Below are positions 10,470 through 20,351 of a stretch of DNA of 64,000 bases, in pieces. Source of the stretch: an uncultured Bdellovibrionales bacterium. GTDB lineage: Bacteria; Bdellovibrionota_C; UBA2361; CAIXSY01. The stretch lies in NCBI GenBank assembly GCA_964510065.1, contig CAZEAC010000006.1, positions 6,748 through 70,747 on the forward strand, read 5' to 3'. A program made the translations under genes and the position numbers. The number at the start of each line of letters is the position of its first letter. The first letter of the stretch is position 1. Under the pieces are notes generated by a model. The model saw nothing but the letters and a program-made list of their open reading frames with translations, did no database searches and was not told where the DNA came from.

Positions 10470-12263
10470 ATGGCCAAAAAGAAGCAATCCCGTTCGGCGC
10501 GCTCTTCTAGATCTTTAAAAAGTATTAAGACTTTATTGATCGCCAATCGTGGTGAAATTGCGCGACGAATTATAAAAAGCTGCCGCGAACGCGGCATAAA
10601 GACCGTAGTGCCGTATGTCGCCGATGAGAAAAACGCCGCATTCGTCGAGGAAGCTGACCTCGCAGTACCCTTTCCTTCACGCGGAAAGTCAGAATCTTTA
10701 GGTGCAGCCGCGTATCTCTCAATTCCGGAAATTCTTACAATCGCCAAAAAAGCTCGGGTCGATGCGCTACATCCGGGTTACGGTTTTCTTTCGGAGAGCG
10801 CTTCGTTTTCTGATGCCGCTCACAAAGCCGGGATACTTTTCATCGGGCCAAGCGCGAAAGCGATGGGACTTCTTGGAAATAAGATAGAGGCAAAAAAGCT
10901 GGCACAGTCCCTTGGCGTTCCACGCGCTCCGAGCATGTTTTGGGAAGGCGGAGCTCTCGAAGAGGTCGGGACATGGGGCAGTAAAGTCGGACTTCCCCTG
11001 ATAATTAAGTCCGCGGCGGGAGGCGGCGGTCGTGGTATGCGCGAAGTGCGCCAGCTCGACGAGCTTGCCGGACTTCTCGAGCGTGCTTCTGATGAAGCGC
11101 GGAGACTTTTCGGAAGCGGCGCGGTGTATCTTGAAAAGAAAATTTATCCGGCGCGGCATATCGAGGTTCAAATTGCCGGTGATCATGCCGGCAACGTCAT
11201 AACCATTTTAGATAGAGATTGCAGCTACCAACGAAACCACCAGAAGGTCATCGAAGAAGCTCCGGCTCCTCGACTTTCAAACCGGCTGCGCGAATCGATG
11301 CACGAGGCAGCGATTGCGCTTGCCAAGGAAGCCGGGTACTCGCAACTTGGAACAGTTGAGTTTCTGATTGATCGGACCGGTCACTTTTATTTTCTCGAAG
11401 TAAATTGCAGACTTCAAGTCGAGCACCCCGTAACCGAGATGGTAACCCGGCTTGATCTCGTAGGATTGCAGCTGGATATTGCCGAGGGCAAACTTTTGCC
11501 CGAGCTCATCCCGGTACCACCAATTTCCCAGGGATATTCGATTGAAGCGCGCCTTTGTGCTGAAAATCCTGCTGAAGGATTCCGGCCTAGCGTTGGGAAG
11601 ATTGAGCAGCTCTCTTGGCCGGAAAGCCAATCGCTTCGTGTTGATTCTGGATTTCGTCCTGGTGACACACTTACCACGCACTTTGACTCACTTCTTGCGA
11701 AGTTTATCATTCATGAGAACACTCGCGAAGAGGCGCGGAAGTCGCTGGTTGCAGCCCTTCGCGATGCAGCTATTTCGGGAGTAGACACAAATCAGGAATA
11801 TCTAATTTCACTTCTTGAGGCACCACAGTTTGCCGCGCTTGAACATCACACAGGTTCGGCAACAGAGCCTCAGTTTTTAAAACAAGGAGGAGCAATGCCA
11901 ATACCCCCTGGTTCTGGTGCGAAGGTGTCTTGCGGAGCTTTCGATCCGTGGGAATCCGGCGATAACTTTGGACGGCGTGGGTCCGCTCCTGCCGCCGCGC
12001 TCAGCAGCACTCAATCAAAGTTAAGCGCTCAGGTCACCGCCGGACGCACCAAGATTTTTTCGCCACTCCCAGGCAAAGTGTTGCAAATTTCGGCCTCGAA
12101 AGGAGCGCGCTTCAAGGAAGGAGACACACTGCTCATTCTTGAATCAATGAAAATGGAGCATCCACTGCGAGCCGCACATTCCGGAAAAGTGCTCTCGACG
12201 CACTGTCGCGCCGGACAGCAGGTCGAGGCAAAGTCGCTTCTACTCGAAGTGAACTATGAGTAA
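10470..12263 (+). CDS. mccA: Acyl-CoA carboxylase alpha subunit (biotin carboxylase + BCCP), probably MCCase alpha
   Basis: ATP-grasp biotin carboxylase region plus a C-terminal biotinyl domain with the ESMKMEH (AMKM-type) motif. It lies immediately downstream of mccB. Confidence 0.8.
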   Translation: MAKKKQSRSARSSRSLKSIKTLLIANRGEIARRIIKSCRERGIKTVVPYVADEKNAAFVEEADLAVPFPSRGKSESLGAAAYLSIPEILTIAKKARVDALHPGYGFLSESASFSDAAHKAGILFIGPSAKAMGLLGNKIEAKKLAQSLGVPRAPSMFWEGGALEEVGTWGSKVGLPLIIKSAAGGGGRGMREVRQLDELAGLLERASDEARRLFGSGAVYLEKKIYPARHIEVQIAGDHAGNVITILDRDCSYQRNHQKVIEEAPAPRLSNRLRESMHEAAIALAKEAGYSQLGTVEFLIDRTGHFYFLEVNCRLQVEHPVTEMVTRLDLVGLQLDIAEGKLLPELIPVPPISQGYSIEARLCAENPAEGFRPSVGKIEQLSWPESQSLRVDSGFRPGDTLTTHFDSLLAKFIIHENTREEARKSLVAALRDAAISGVDTNQEYLISLLEAPQFAALEHHTGSATEPQFLKQGGAMPIPPGSGAKVSCGAFDPWESGDNFGRRGSAPAAALSSTQSKLSAQVTAGRTKIFSPLPGKVLQISASKGARFKEGDTLLILESMKMEHPLRAAHSGKVLSTHCRAGQQVEAKSLLLEVNYE

Positions 12264-13638
12264 CGGATATATTCACAGTAATTTAGAACCTTCAATCGAA
12301 AAATTTGGAAGGAAGATCTTCGAGTCGCTCAGCGCTGTCGGCGACAATGCGTTCTCTCTTAACTATTGGAGCTCCAAAGTAATGGAGTGGTCCATGCGCG
12401 ACCCACTCTTCAAGGTAAATCTTTTTAGACTAGTTGATGTCCTTCCCGCCTTGAGAAGCGATCGAGAAGTATCGGAACATGTCAGTGAATACCTCTACCA
12501 GCCACTTTCACGCATGCATCCGTTTCTCGGGTGGTGGGTTCAGAATGGCGCACCTGGCATTCGCAGCACGATTGTGCGCTGGGCCACGCTCGCCTCAGTG
12601 AAGTTTTTGGCGCGCCGTTTTATTGCCGGCTCCAACCCAAAGCAGGCCCTTACGACGCTGCAAAGGCTTCGACGATCTCGGCTTGCATTCACTCTCGACC
12701 TTTTGGGGGAGTTTTCTGTGAGCGAGGAAGAGGCGTTTGTCTATCTCACCCGGTATCTTGAAGCGCTCTCGGAGCTCTCCAAAGAACTTCCGCGGTGGGA
12801 CGAGTCGGAACCGTTAGTACGCGGGCATCCCGGGGAACATTCTGGACTTTGCCTCTCGGTGAAGCTCACCGCTCTTTATTCACAGTGCGGACCGCTCAAT
12901 TTTGCAAGAAGCGTTGCCATTTTATCGTCACGGCTCGGCCAGATCGTAAAAGCAGCCGACCGTGTCGGCGCACAGGTATACATAGACGCCGAAGACAGCG
13001 CGAACAATCCAATTATATACGAGACCTTTAAGCAGGTATTTCTTGATCACCGCGAGAGCTACTATCCCGGAATTGTCGTACAGGCATACGCCCGAAATGC
13101 AGAGGCAGTATTGCTCGACCTGCTGCGTTTCGCTCGCACACGTGGTCGTCCAATTGCTATCCGATTGGTGAAGGGAGCGTACTGGGACTACGAGTTGGTA
13201 ACGAGCACGCAGGCAGGACTGCAAACGCCACTTTTTACCCATAAGCGCGAAAGTGACGCCAACTTCGAAAGACTTACGAGAATATTAATTGATAATGCCA
13301 ATGATTGCCTCCCCGCAATTGCCTCGCACAATATCCGCTCGCTCGCGCATGCCTGCTGTTATGCCGAAGCGAGAGGGGTAAGTAAGCGCCAGATTGAAGT
13401 TCAGATGCTCTACGGCATGGCAGAAGAGCTTGCTCAGGTTTTTTCATCGTATGGCTATCTTGCTCGACTCTACGTGCCTCTTGGCGATATGTTTGTGGGC
13501 ATGGGATACCTTGTAAGAAGGCTTCTCGAGAACACCTCAAATGAGTCCTTTCTTCGGCAGAGTAATTTTGAAGAGGTCAGTATCGAGAGGCTGCTTGCGT
13601 CACCTGCGAGTACTTATGGCACATTCGAATCAGCTTAA
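12256..13638 (+). CDS. Proline dehydrogenase (monofunctional PutA-like PRODH domain)
   Basis: C-terminal YVPLGDMFVGMGYLVRRLLENTSNESFLR is the characteristic PRODH motif. Its start overlaps the mccA stop by 8 bp. Confidence 0.7.
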   Translation: MSNGYIHSNLEPSIEKFGRKIFESLSAVGDNAFSLNYWSSKVMEWSMRDPLFKVNLFRLVDVLPALRSDREVSEHVSEYLYQPLSRMHPFLGWWVQNGAPGIRSTIVRWATLASVKFLARRFIAGSNPKQALTTLQRLRRSRLAFTLDLLGEFSVSEEEAFVYLTRYLEALSELSKELPRWDESEPLVRGHPGEHSGLCLSVKLTALYSQCGPLNFARSVAILSSRLGQIVKAADRVGAQVYIDAEDSANNPIIYETFKQVFLDHRESYYPGIVVQAYARNAEAVLLDLLRFARTRGRPIAIRLVKGAYWDYELVTSTQAGLQTPLFTHKRESDANFERLTRILIDNANDCLPAIASHNIRSLAHACCYAEARGVSKRQIEVQMLYGMAEELAQVFSSYGYLARLYVPLGDMFVGMGYLVRRLLENTSNESFLRQSNFEEVSIERLLASPASTYGTFESA

Positions 13639-14260
13639 ATTCTGTCTCATGATAAAAGCGCTCTTCGCCGAGAGCTTCCGCGAGAAGCGTGTTCTCGATA
13701 TCGGGAGCCTTGACATCAATGGCAATAACCGATTTCTTTTTGAGAAGTGCGAGTACATTGGGATTGATGTTGGGTCAGGACCGAACGTCGATATTGTCGG
13801 TAAGGCCCATGAGCTAGACCATCCCAACGAGTCCTACGACACTATCATTTCGACTGAATGCTTCGAACATGATCGCTTTTATCGCGAGACCTTACGTAAC
13901 GCGCTAAGAATGTTGCGGCCAGGCGGCCTCTTAATTTTTTCCTGCGCGTCGACGGGGCGCCCGCCACACGGCGTTTCCACGGCCAATCCCGAGTCTTCAC
14001 CTTTTACTTCACAAATTGAAGAATGGAAGGATTACTACAAGAACCTCACCGAACAAGACATACGGGAAGCCATAGATATCGATGCGAATTTTACGATGCG
14101 CTACAGCTGGACGTGCAGCAGCAGCCCCGAGACCGGGCATATGCATACCGTAGCGATGGCGCGCTATCAGTTTATGTACTGCCCTACTAGCTGCGATCTC
14201 TACTTCTGGGGGATCAAGGGAAATCCACAGCCAATACATGTCGGCACCATCTTACAATAG
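13616..14260 (+). CDS. Class I SAM-dependent methyltransferase
   Basis: Carries VLDIGSLDINGN... (motif I-like), TIISTECFEH and LRPGGLLIF. The start is uncertain, and the ORF overlaps the 3' end of the PRODH gene. Confidence 0.6.
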   Translation: MAHSNQLKFCLMIKALFAESFREKRVLDIGSLDINGNNRFLFEKCEYIGIDVGSGPNVDIVGKAHELDHPNESYDTIISTECFEHDRFYRETLRNALRMLRPGGLLIFSCASTGRPPHGVSTANPESSPFTSQIEEWKDYYKNLTEQDIREAIDIDANFTMRYSWTCSSSPETGHMHTVAMARYQFMYCPTSCDLYFWGIKGNPQPIHVGTILQ

Positions 14261-14269
14261 CATAGCAAC

Positions 14270-15586
14270 GTGAAGGCACGAGAACGGGCACTGCAGATTC
14301 TTTTAAGCGTCGAAGAGCATGGAAGCTTTGTGCAAGATCTGCTTGCGACAGCAAAAGCCGCACCGGACTACGCGCTGCTTACTGAGTTGGTCAAAGGATC
14401 GCTACAATGGCGTTCAAAGCTTGATGCTGAAATAACACGGCACCTACGCGGGAACCTGAGCGAGCTGCCCGCGCCAATTCGAGCTTTACTTCGGCTTGGC
14501 GCCTATCAGATCCGATTCCTTTCAAAGATTCCGGTTGAGGTATCGGTTAATGAAACCGTGGAACTCGCCAAGAAATACGGCCATCCCGGGACCGTCAAAT
14601 TGATAAATGCCGTGCTGCGACAGCTGCTCCGGACTCCGCGCACTGAGGTCGAAGCGGCGCTGTCAGGCGCCGAGGAGATCGCCGAGCAATTAAGCCACCC
14701 CCTCTGGGTAGTAAAGCGCTGGTGCGAAAATTTTGGTATTGAGCAGACGGTGGCGTTATGTCGCTACAACAATTCGCGTTGGCCGCTGGTCATTCGCGTA
14801 AACTCTCTTCGTAGCACTCCTGAAAAGCTGATCGATGCGCTTATGGTAGAAGGCGCGAGAGTCTCGCGGCCGCAATATCATCCGGAGTGTTTGGTCCTCG
14901 AAGAGCTGCCTGCGGGAAAGCTCCTTGGCGAGCTGACCTCTTTTCGAAGCGGGCTTTTTCAGGCGCAAGATGAGAGCGCGGCATTTGCCGCTACAATTGC
15001 TGCGCCGACACCAGGCGAGCTGGTAGTCGACCTTTGCGCCGCGCCAGGCGGTAAGGCAATTCACTGTGCTGAAAAGCTACAAGGTGACGGAATCGTGCTC
15101 GCCTGCGACCTTAGCCGTAGAAGACTTTTCAAGCTTTCCGAAAACGCGTGCCGACTTGGAATACCTAACATTCACGAAGTTGTCATGGATGGACTTTCAC
15201 CGGCAATTGGCGTCATGGCCGACCTGGTAGTGCTTGATGCCCCCTGCTCCGGCACTGGGGTTATCGGAAGAAAGAGTGACCTTCGCTGGAACAAAAACGA
15301 GCTCGATATTGCTCGCCTCGCTGAGCTGCAAAGAGAGCTTCTTCACCGCGCAACGACACTTGTAAAGCCGGGCGGACGATTGCTCTACAGCACCTGCAGC
15401 CTTGAGCCGGAAGAGAACATTGGGGTAGTAAGCAACTTTTTAAAAGAGCACTCTAATTTTTTAAGGCTTCCGATCCGAAACGTTCCAGCACAGATGATTA
15501 CCGAAGCTGGAGATTTTCATTCTCTTCCGCAGCGCGATCATATTGCAGGAGCTTATTGCGCCCTGCTCGGTAAAGGTCCAGGCTAG
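14270..15586 (+). CDS. rsmB: 16S rRNA (cytosine-C5) methyltransferase RsmB (NusB-like N-domain + MTase)
   Basis: NusB-like N-terminus plus DLCAAPGGKA and VLDAPCSGTGVIGRKSDLRW. Confidence 0.8.
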   Translation: MKARERALQILLSVEEHGSFVQDLLATAKAAPDYALLTELVKGSLQWRSKLDAEITRHLRGNLSELPAPIRALLRLGAYQIRFLSKIPVEVSVNETVELAKKYGHPGTVKLINAVLRQLLRTPRTEVEAALSGAEEIAEQLSHPLWVVKRWCENFGIEQTVALCRYNNSRWPLVIRVNSLRSTPEKLIDALMVEGARVSRPQYHPECLVLEELPAGKLLGELTSFRSGLFQAQDESAAFAATIAAPTPGELVVDLCAAPGGKAIHCAEKLQGDGIVLACDLSRRRLFKLSENACRLGIPNIHEVVMDGLSPAIGVMADLVVLDAPCSGTGVIGRKSDLRWNKNELDIARLAELQRELLHRATTLVKPGGRLLYSTCSLEPEENIGVVSNFLKEHSNFLRLPIRNVPAQMITEAGDFHSLPQRDHIAGAYCALLGKGPG

Positions 15587-16227
15587 CCCGCATGTTGCCG
15601 ATAAAAGCGCCGAGCTTTTTCACGATTTCCACAGTCGCCCATATCACACCAGCGTCTGCTTCCATTTTTCGATTGGTCAAGAAACAGCCAGCCGCACTCT
15701 TCATCGGCGCAGAATTTGACTCGCGCAAGTCTCTCCGAGGCGAGTAGCATAATCGCGTCTTCAGCAATCTTTATAAACACAATGTCGACACTTGCGAACT
15801 CAGGACTTGTGAGGCGAAGCCCCCTGCCCTCCGCGTGTAGCTCAGGTCGAGGAATTTTCCGATACCATTGATTTAATTTTTGCGTAGTTGAAGCGTCGAG
15901 AGAACCGCGAATAACCGAATGAAAGAATGCATTGAAGAGAAGTTCCCGTAGCTCGCATGCTTGACAAAGCAGCTTTGCCGCTTCGGGTTCTGACATCTTC
16001 CTGCAACTTGCAAATACTTCTTCGCGCTGCCCACGTTTGAGCAGGTCTGCCTTTTGGATCCACTGCAGAAGATCGGTGAGAGTTGCAAGATGATCGCCCT
16101 CAGCGCTCAGATCCCCACGCAGGTAGCGCGGCCTCTGATCAACCGAGTTGCAGAAATTAAGCGCGTAAGTCCCAGCATTCATTTGGAATCTATATTTCGA
16201 TTGCATAGGCAAAGCATAAACCATCAA
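15583..16227 (-). CDS. CGNR zinc-finger (ABATE domain) protein
   Basis: C-terminal CGWLFLDQSKNGSRRWCDMGDCGNREKARRFYRQH. Confidence 0.7.
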   Translation of the reverse strand: MMVYALPMQSKYRFQMNAGTYALNFCNSVDQRPRYLRGDLSAEGDHLATLTDLLQWIQKADLLKRGQREEVFASCRKMSEPEAAKLLCQACELRELLFNAFFHSVIRGSLDASTTQKLNQWYRKIPRPELHAEGRGLRLTSPEFASVDIVFIKIAEDAIMLLASERLARVKFCADEECGWLFLDQSKNGSRRWCDMGDCGNREKARRFYRQHAG

Positions 16228-16298
16228 AAGTGATTTGACTAGTTATAAACTCCTGCTATCATAACCATTATAAATGCTTTTACTAGTTAGGAGAGATT

Positions 16299-17096
16299 AT
16301 GATGCAGGTAACAACAGGCGCGAACTCGAATAGAAAGAATACAGACTCATCCCTTTGCCTCGAAGAGCTTCAAAGCTACTGCAGTGGAAAGTGCCGAGAG
16401 ATCTTGCCCGGACAACCACTCGAATATGGGAAAGATGGAGTTGTCGTTTTCGATAAAGCGCTTATGCGCCCGAGAATATTCGTGTGCGAGGATATCGGCG
16501 ATAGCGTAATTCTCGAGGCGGTAGTAATGGGACACCCATCAGCAGCATATGTGTCGCAGCTTGAACCTCTCAGCGCTCCAAAGAGAGTACCGGGAAGGGC
16601 CACGGTCGCCATCACTCACTGCACAAGTGCCGACCTCGACTCAATTGTTTCGATTGACAAAAAGCAGTGGGGCGAATGGGCCAACACCCAACCACTCTAT
16701 CGACAGCTTCTCGAGATTACACCTTCGACCGTGAAAGTTGCTCGCGATCTGCGCGGTAACGTGGTCGGTTTCGCGGTTGGGCTCCTTAATCAGGAACAGG
16801 GTCACGCGCTTGTGCTCAGTGTTGACGTACACCAAGACTATCGTGGCTTAGGGATTGGAAAGCTGCTTGTCGAAGAGCTTCTTGCAAGCTTTGCAGAGGC
16901 ACGTTGCAATAAGATTACCGCAATAATTTCCCCGGGAAATCTCGGGTCGATTGCACTTTTCGAATCGTTTGGTTTTAAGGCCAATGAGATTCTTAAAAAC
17001 TACTTTGGATTCGGGCAAACCCAGGTGCGCTATGTAAAGAATTCCCCGATCTTTAAGCAAAAAAAAGAGGAAGCGCCAACGGGCCGCTTCCAATGA
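16299..17096 (+). CDS. GNAT-family N-acetyltransferase with an N-terminal extension
   Basis: HQDYRGLGIGKLLVEELL is an acetyl-CoA binding R/QxxGxG/A motif. The N-terminal ~110 aa are unassigned. Confidence 0.6.
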   Translation: MMQVTTGANSNRKNTDSSLCLEELQSYCSGKCREILPGQPLEYGKDGVVVFDKALMRPRIFVCEDIGDSVILEAVVMGHPSAAYVSQLEPLSAPKRVPGRATVAITHCTSADLDSIVSIDKKQWGEWANTQPLYRQLLEITPSTVKVARDLRGNVVGFAVGLLNQEQGHALVLSVDVHQDYRGLGIGKLLVEELLASFAEARCNKITAIISPGNLGSIALFESFGFKANEILKNYFGFGQTQVRYVKNSPIFKQKKEEAPTGRFQ

Positions 17097-17116
17097 ATTG
17101 TAACCGTAGCAGAGAA

Positions 17117-17956
17117 CTACTCGACAAACCCCCGCTTGACCACACGATAGAGGCTGTGGCCTGTGACGGGCTCACTGAGCGCGGCCCTTGGGATTCGGAA
17201 GTCGGCGTTGGGCCAGCGCCCATCCCACTTCGCGCCCTTCACTGCGAAGGGCAGTAGCGTCAAAAGCTCCGATGAGAGCCGGTCCTTATAATAGACCCGG
17301 CTGCCTTTCCCGACCGAGCCTTCGGGCCCGCCGATGGCGAGCACATGATCGACCTCAACTTCGGAATCGAGCCGCGGCTCTTCGCCGTCATGGGCATCAA
17401 CAGCCGGGGCGAAGAGAAACTTCTTGCTCCACGGTTTGTACCAGAAGCCAATTGGGTCGGCCTTCTGCATTTCGCGTCCGCTGAAACAGCAAAGCACGAT
17501 TGAGTACCCAGGATACTTGTTCGCATACCATGCGAAGAGCTTCCCATTCACCGCCGGACGTCTGTCCGGTCGAACTCGCTCAAGCGCATTCGGAATCAGA
17601 TTCGGGGATTCCGAGATGACGATGGTGTAGTTTCCGGAGTCGAAGACTCGGACGCCCTTTGCGTCATCAAAATCTCCAAAGGTCCGCAAACCCTCACCCC
17701 GATCCATCATCGGGGGATCGACAGTTTCGGCGATATCCTTCACCACCGATTTGGCACAGCTCAGGTCGATGGCATTCGCCTCCCCCATCGGCTCCTCCGA
17801 AGGGAAATGAAGCACCATCGCGTTTGGCCCATTGTGCCGGTTTTTGTAGCTGTTGCCGTAAAGGCAAACATCGACCGGGCCTTGTTGTGGGTGATTCGCC
17901 ACCGACGCGACAAGGGTTGTCCCCTTGAACTCCGCAGGATACATGCTTACACACAT
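17117..17956 (-). CDS. Hypothetical protein
   Basis: 279-aa ORF with a coding-like composition and no recognised motif. Confidence 0.4.
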   Translation of the reverse strand: MCVSMYPAEFKGTTLVASVANHPQQGPVDVCLYGNSYKNRHNGPNAMVLHFPSEEPMGEANAIDLSCAKSVVKDIAETVDPPMMDRGEGLRTFGDFDDAKGVRVFDSGNYTIVISESPNLIPNALERVRPDRRPAVNGKLFAWYANKYPGYSIVLCCFSGREMQKADPIGFWYKPWSKKFLFAPAVDAHDGEEPRLDSEVEVDHVLAIGGPEGSVGKGSRVYYKDRLSSELLTLLPFAVKGAKWDGRWPNADFRIPRAALSEPVTGHSLYRVVKRGFVE

Positions 17957-18123
17957 ATGTGTTCTTTCTGCTTAACCTATTTTTTTCAATTAACCGCCAC
18001 CACCACGATTCCAATCGTAGCGGCGGTCTCACAACCATTATTTAATGGAGACTCCGCAATTATCAGTGTTTTTAGAACACTAAGCAAAAGCACGAATTTC
18101 CCTAGTCCTTTCAACTCTCTATT

Positions 18124-18304
18124 TAGAGCGTGTTATGAACTTTTTTCCGTCGCGAGAGACCCAAGTCGCGTTAAAATGCGAGGCGGCCGCCGGAGCGAGC
18201 GCGGAGCAAGCCTATCAGGCTTGCGAGCACTCGCGACTAGGCCAACGAAGCAGTTTAATGCGAATTGGGGCTCGCAGCAGGAGAAAAGTTCATAACACGC
18301 TCTA
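18124..18304. repeat. 181-bp element bounded by perfect 21-bp terminal inverted repeats (tagagcgtgttatgaactttt) around a GC-rich core with internal hairpins
   Basis: Read directly from the sequence. The core contains gcaagcct-atc-aggcttgc and other short stems. Confidence 0.75.
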
Positions 18305-18508
18305 GGCTTTCGCTTATTTGTTGGCGTGAATATTGGTATGGCTAAAGAGCCTGACTTTGAAATTCGAAATGGCATGCCGGAAAGAGAGCCGGCCGCTCCA
18401 ACGAATTCCGACCTGAGACATTTACATCACCGGAGAGAAATGTTTGGGGATCGCATAACCGGACAAATGGCACTTTCTCTCGGTAGCACCATCCGCTAGG
18501 ATCGGCGT

Positions 18509-20086
18509 ATGTTCAGAAATGAGCCACTCACCGATTTTGCAATCGCTTCGGAGCGCAAAAAGCTTGCCGAAGCGCTCGATGCCTTACAGCATAATTTAGT
18601 CTCAAAAGCTCCACTTGAAGCATATCCGTTGATCGGCGCTGAGCGCGCCGGGGGCAATACACGCTACGATCGCTTCGATCCAAGCGATGGCGAAACACTC
18701 CTTGGGAGCACTCATTTCGCCACCGCCGATGAGGCTGCGCAGACTCTCGAATATCTTTCCGAGCATCATGCGTCATGGCGCGCAACTACGCACCAGGACC
18801 GCGCACGTATGTTGCGAAAGGCCGCCCACCTGATGCGCCAAAGAAAGTTCCAGCTCTCCGCGCTGATAATTCGCGAAGCGGGCAAACCTTGGAAGGAAGC
18901 TGACGCCGATGTTGCCGAGGCAATCGATTTTTGCGAATACTACGCCGATGAGGTCGAACGAATCTGGCCCAAGCGCCGTACCTACGAAATAATCGGCGAG
19001 GATAATTTTTATTTTTATCGTCCACGTGGTGTATGCGTGGTTATCTCGCCCTGGAACTTCCCTTTGGCGATTGCGTGCGGAATGACGGTGGCGGCACTCG
19101 TTACCGGGAACTCAACAGTTTTGAAACCAGCCGAGCAAACATGCCTCATCGCATTTGCGTTCGCGAATATTCTTTACGAGGCTGGAATTCCAAAGACGGC
19201 ATTCGCGTTCCTGCCTGGCTTCGGCGAGGAAGTTGGCCGTGCACTGGTGAGCAGCCCGCGCACTGCAATGGTTTGCTTCACCGGCTCGAGGGCTGTAGGT
19301 CTTGAGATCGGCAGGAGTGCTTCGCAAGTCTCCGCCGGACAGGCACATATAAAACGCGTGGTTGCGGAGTTAGGCGGGAAAAACGCGATCATAGTTGATC
19401 AAGACGCTGACTTAGATGAAGCAGTAAAGGGCGTGGTATATTCAGCGTTCGGATTTTCGGGACAGAAATGTTCAGCGTGTTCGCGAGCAATTATCGTCGG
19501 CAATGCATATGAGCCTTTTATAAAGCGGCTCCGTGGCGCGGCCGCTGATATCATTATCGGAGCAGCTTCCGATCCGAGTACACTCGTCGGTCCCGTCATT
19601 GACGAGGAGAGCAAACGCCGCATTCACGAAACAATCGAGACCGCCTCAAAGAGGCTCACCCTCATTCATAAAGGTAGCTGCCCCGCGAAAGGTAATTTCT
19701 GCCCCCCAACAATATTTGGCGCCGTGCCGTCACAAGAACCTGTGTGGCGCGAGGAGATATTCGGACCAGTGTTGGCTTGTTGCAGTGCCGACAGTTTTGA
19801 GCACGCGATAGCACTCGCAAATGATAGCCAGTATGCGCTTACAGGCGGTGTGTTTAGTCGAAGTCCGGCGCATTTGACTCAAGCGACCGAGGAATTTCAG
19901 GTTGGAAATCTCTATCTAAATCGCGCGATAACCGGGGCGTATGTCTGTCGCCAACCTTTCGGTGGCTTCAAACTTTCGGGGGTCGGCTCCAAAGCCGGCG
20001 GGCCAGACTATTTACTGCAATTTGTCGAACCGCGGGTTGTCACTGAAAACACAATGCGCCGCGGCTTCACCCCGGAAGTACGCTAG
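18509..20086 (+). CDS. pruA: 1-pyrroline-5-carboxylate dehydrogenase (aldehyde dehydrogenase family)
   Basis: ALDH motifs ELGGKNAIIVDQDADLDEAV and FGFSGQKCSACSRAIIV. The size and sequence fit PutA-C/RocA-like P5CDH. Confidence 0.75.
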   Translation: MFRNEPLTDFAIASERKKLAEALDALQHNLVSKAPLEAYPLIGAERAGGNTRYDRFDPSDGETLLGSTHFATADEAAQTLEYLSEHHASWRATTHQDRARMLRKAAHLMRQRKFQLSALIIREAGKPWKEADADVAEAIDFCEYYADEVERIWPKRRTYEIIGEDNFYFYRPRGVCVVISPWNFPLAIACGMTVAALVTGNSTVLKPAEQTCLIAFAFANILYEAGIPKTAFAFLPGFGEEVGRALVSSPRTAMVCFTGSRAVGLEIGRSASQVSAGQAHIKRVVAELGGKNAIIVDQDADLDEAVKGVVYSAFGFSGQKCSACSRAIIVGNAYEPFIKRLRGAAADIIIGAASDPSTLVGPVIDEESKRRIHETIETASKRLTLIHKGSCPAKGNFCPPTIFGAVPSQEPVWREEIFGPVLACCSADSFEHAIALANDSQYALTGGVFSRSPAHLTQATEEFQVGNLYLNRAITGAYVCRQPFGGFKLSGVGSKAGGPDYLLQFVEPRVVTENTMRRGFTPEVR

Positions 20087-20188
20087 GAGCGTGCGCCACG
20101 AATCAGTGGCACACGCAATTCATGGGAGCCGAAGCCTTCGCGCGTATACCTGTTGGGGCTTCCGTTCTCCGTGGCGCGGGCTTCTCGC
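20084..20188. repeat. Dispersed repeat family B, copy 1. It begins at the TAG stop of the P5CDH gene
   Basis: About 80% identical over ~105 bp to 27501-27605. Contains the hairpin gcgtgcgccac-gaatca-gtggcacacgc. Confidence 0.8.
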
Positions 20189-20351
20189 CTGCATCCTTAT
20201 CAGAGGGGTAAAGTTATCGTCGGATTGTTTTTTCGAATTGTTTTAGTGAGTTAGCCGCCAACGCCAACCTAATCCAGGTTAAAGATAAGTCCATCTTCTG
20301 CCGACCTAGGAGCTTAGGGAAGTTGTATCTACGCGGAATATTACGGGTCCT

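Noticed and set aside
18133-18375. 80-aa ORF overlapping the 181-bp inverted-repeat element
   Set aside because: It is encoded largely by the palindromic GC-rich element and its translation is R/P/S-rich. More likely it is a non-coding structured element.
20096-20125. Possible sigma-54 promoter (TGGCAC) within repeat family B
   Set aside because: TGGCAC is present, but the -12 TTGCW element at the correct spacing is absent. The motif is part of the repeat hairpin.
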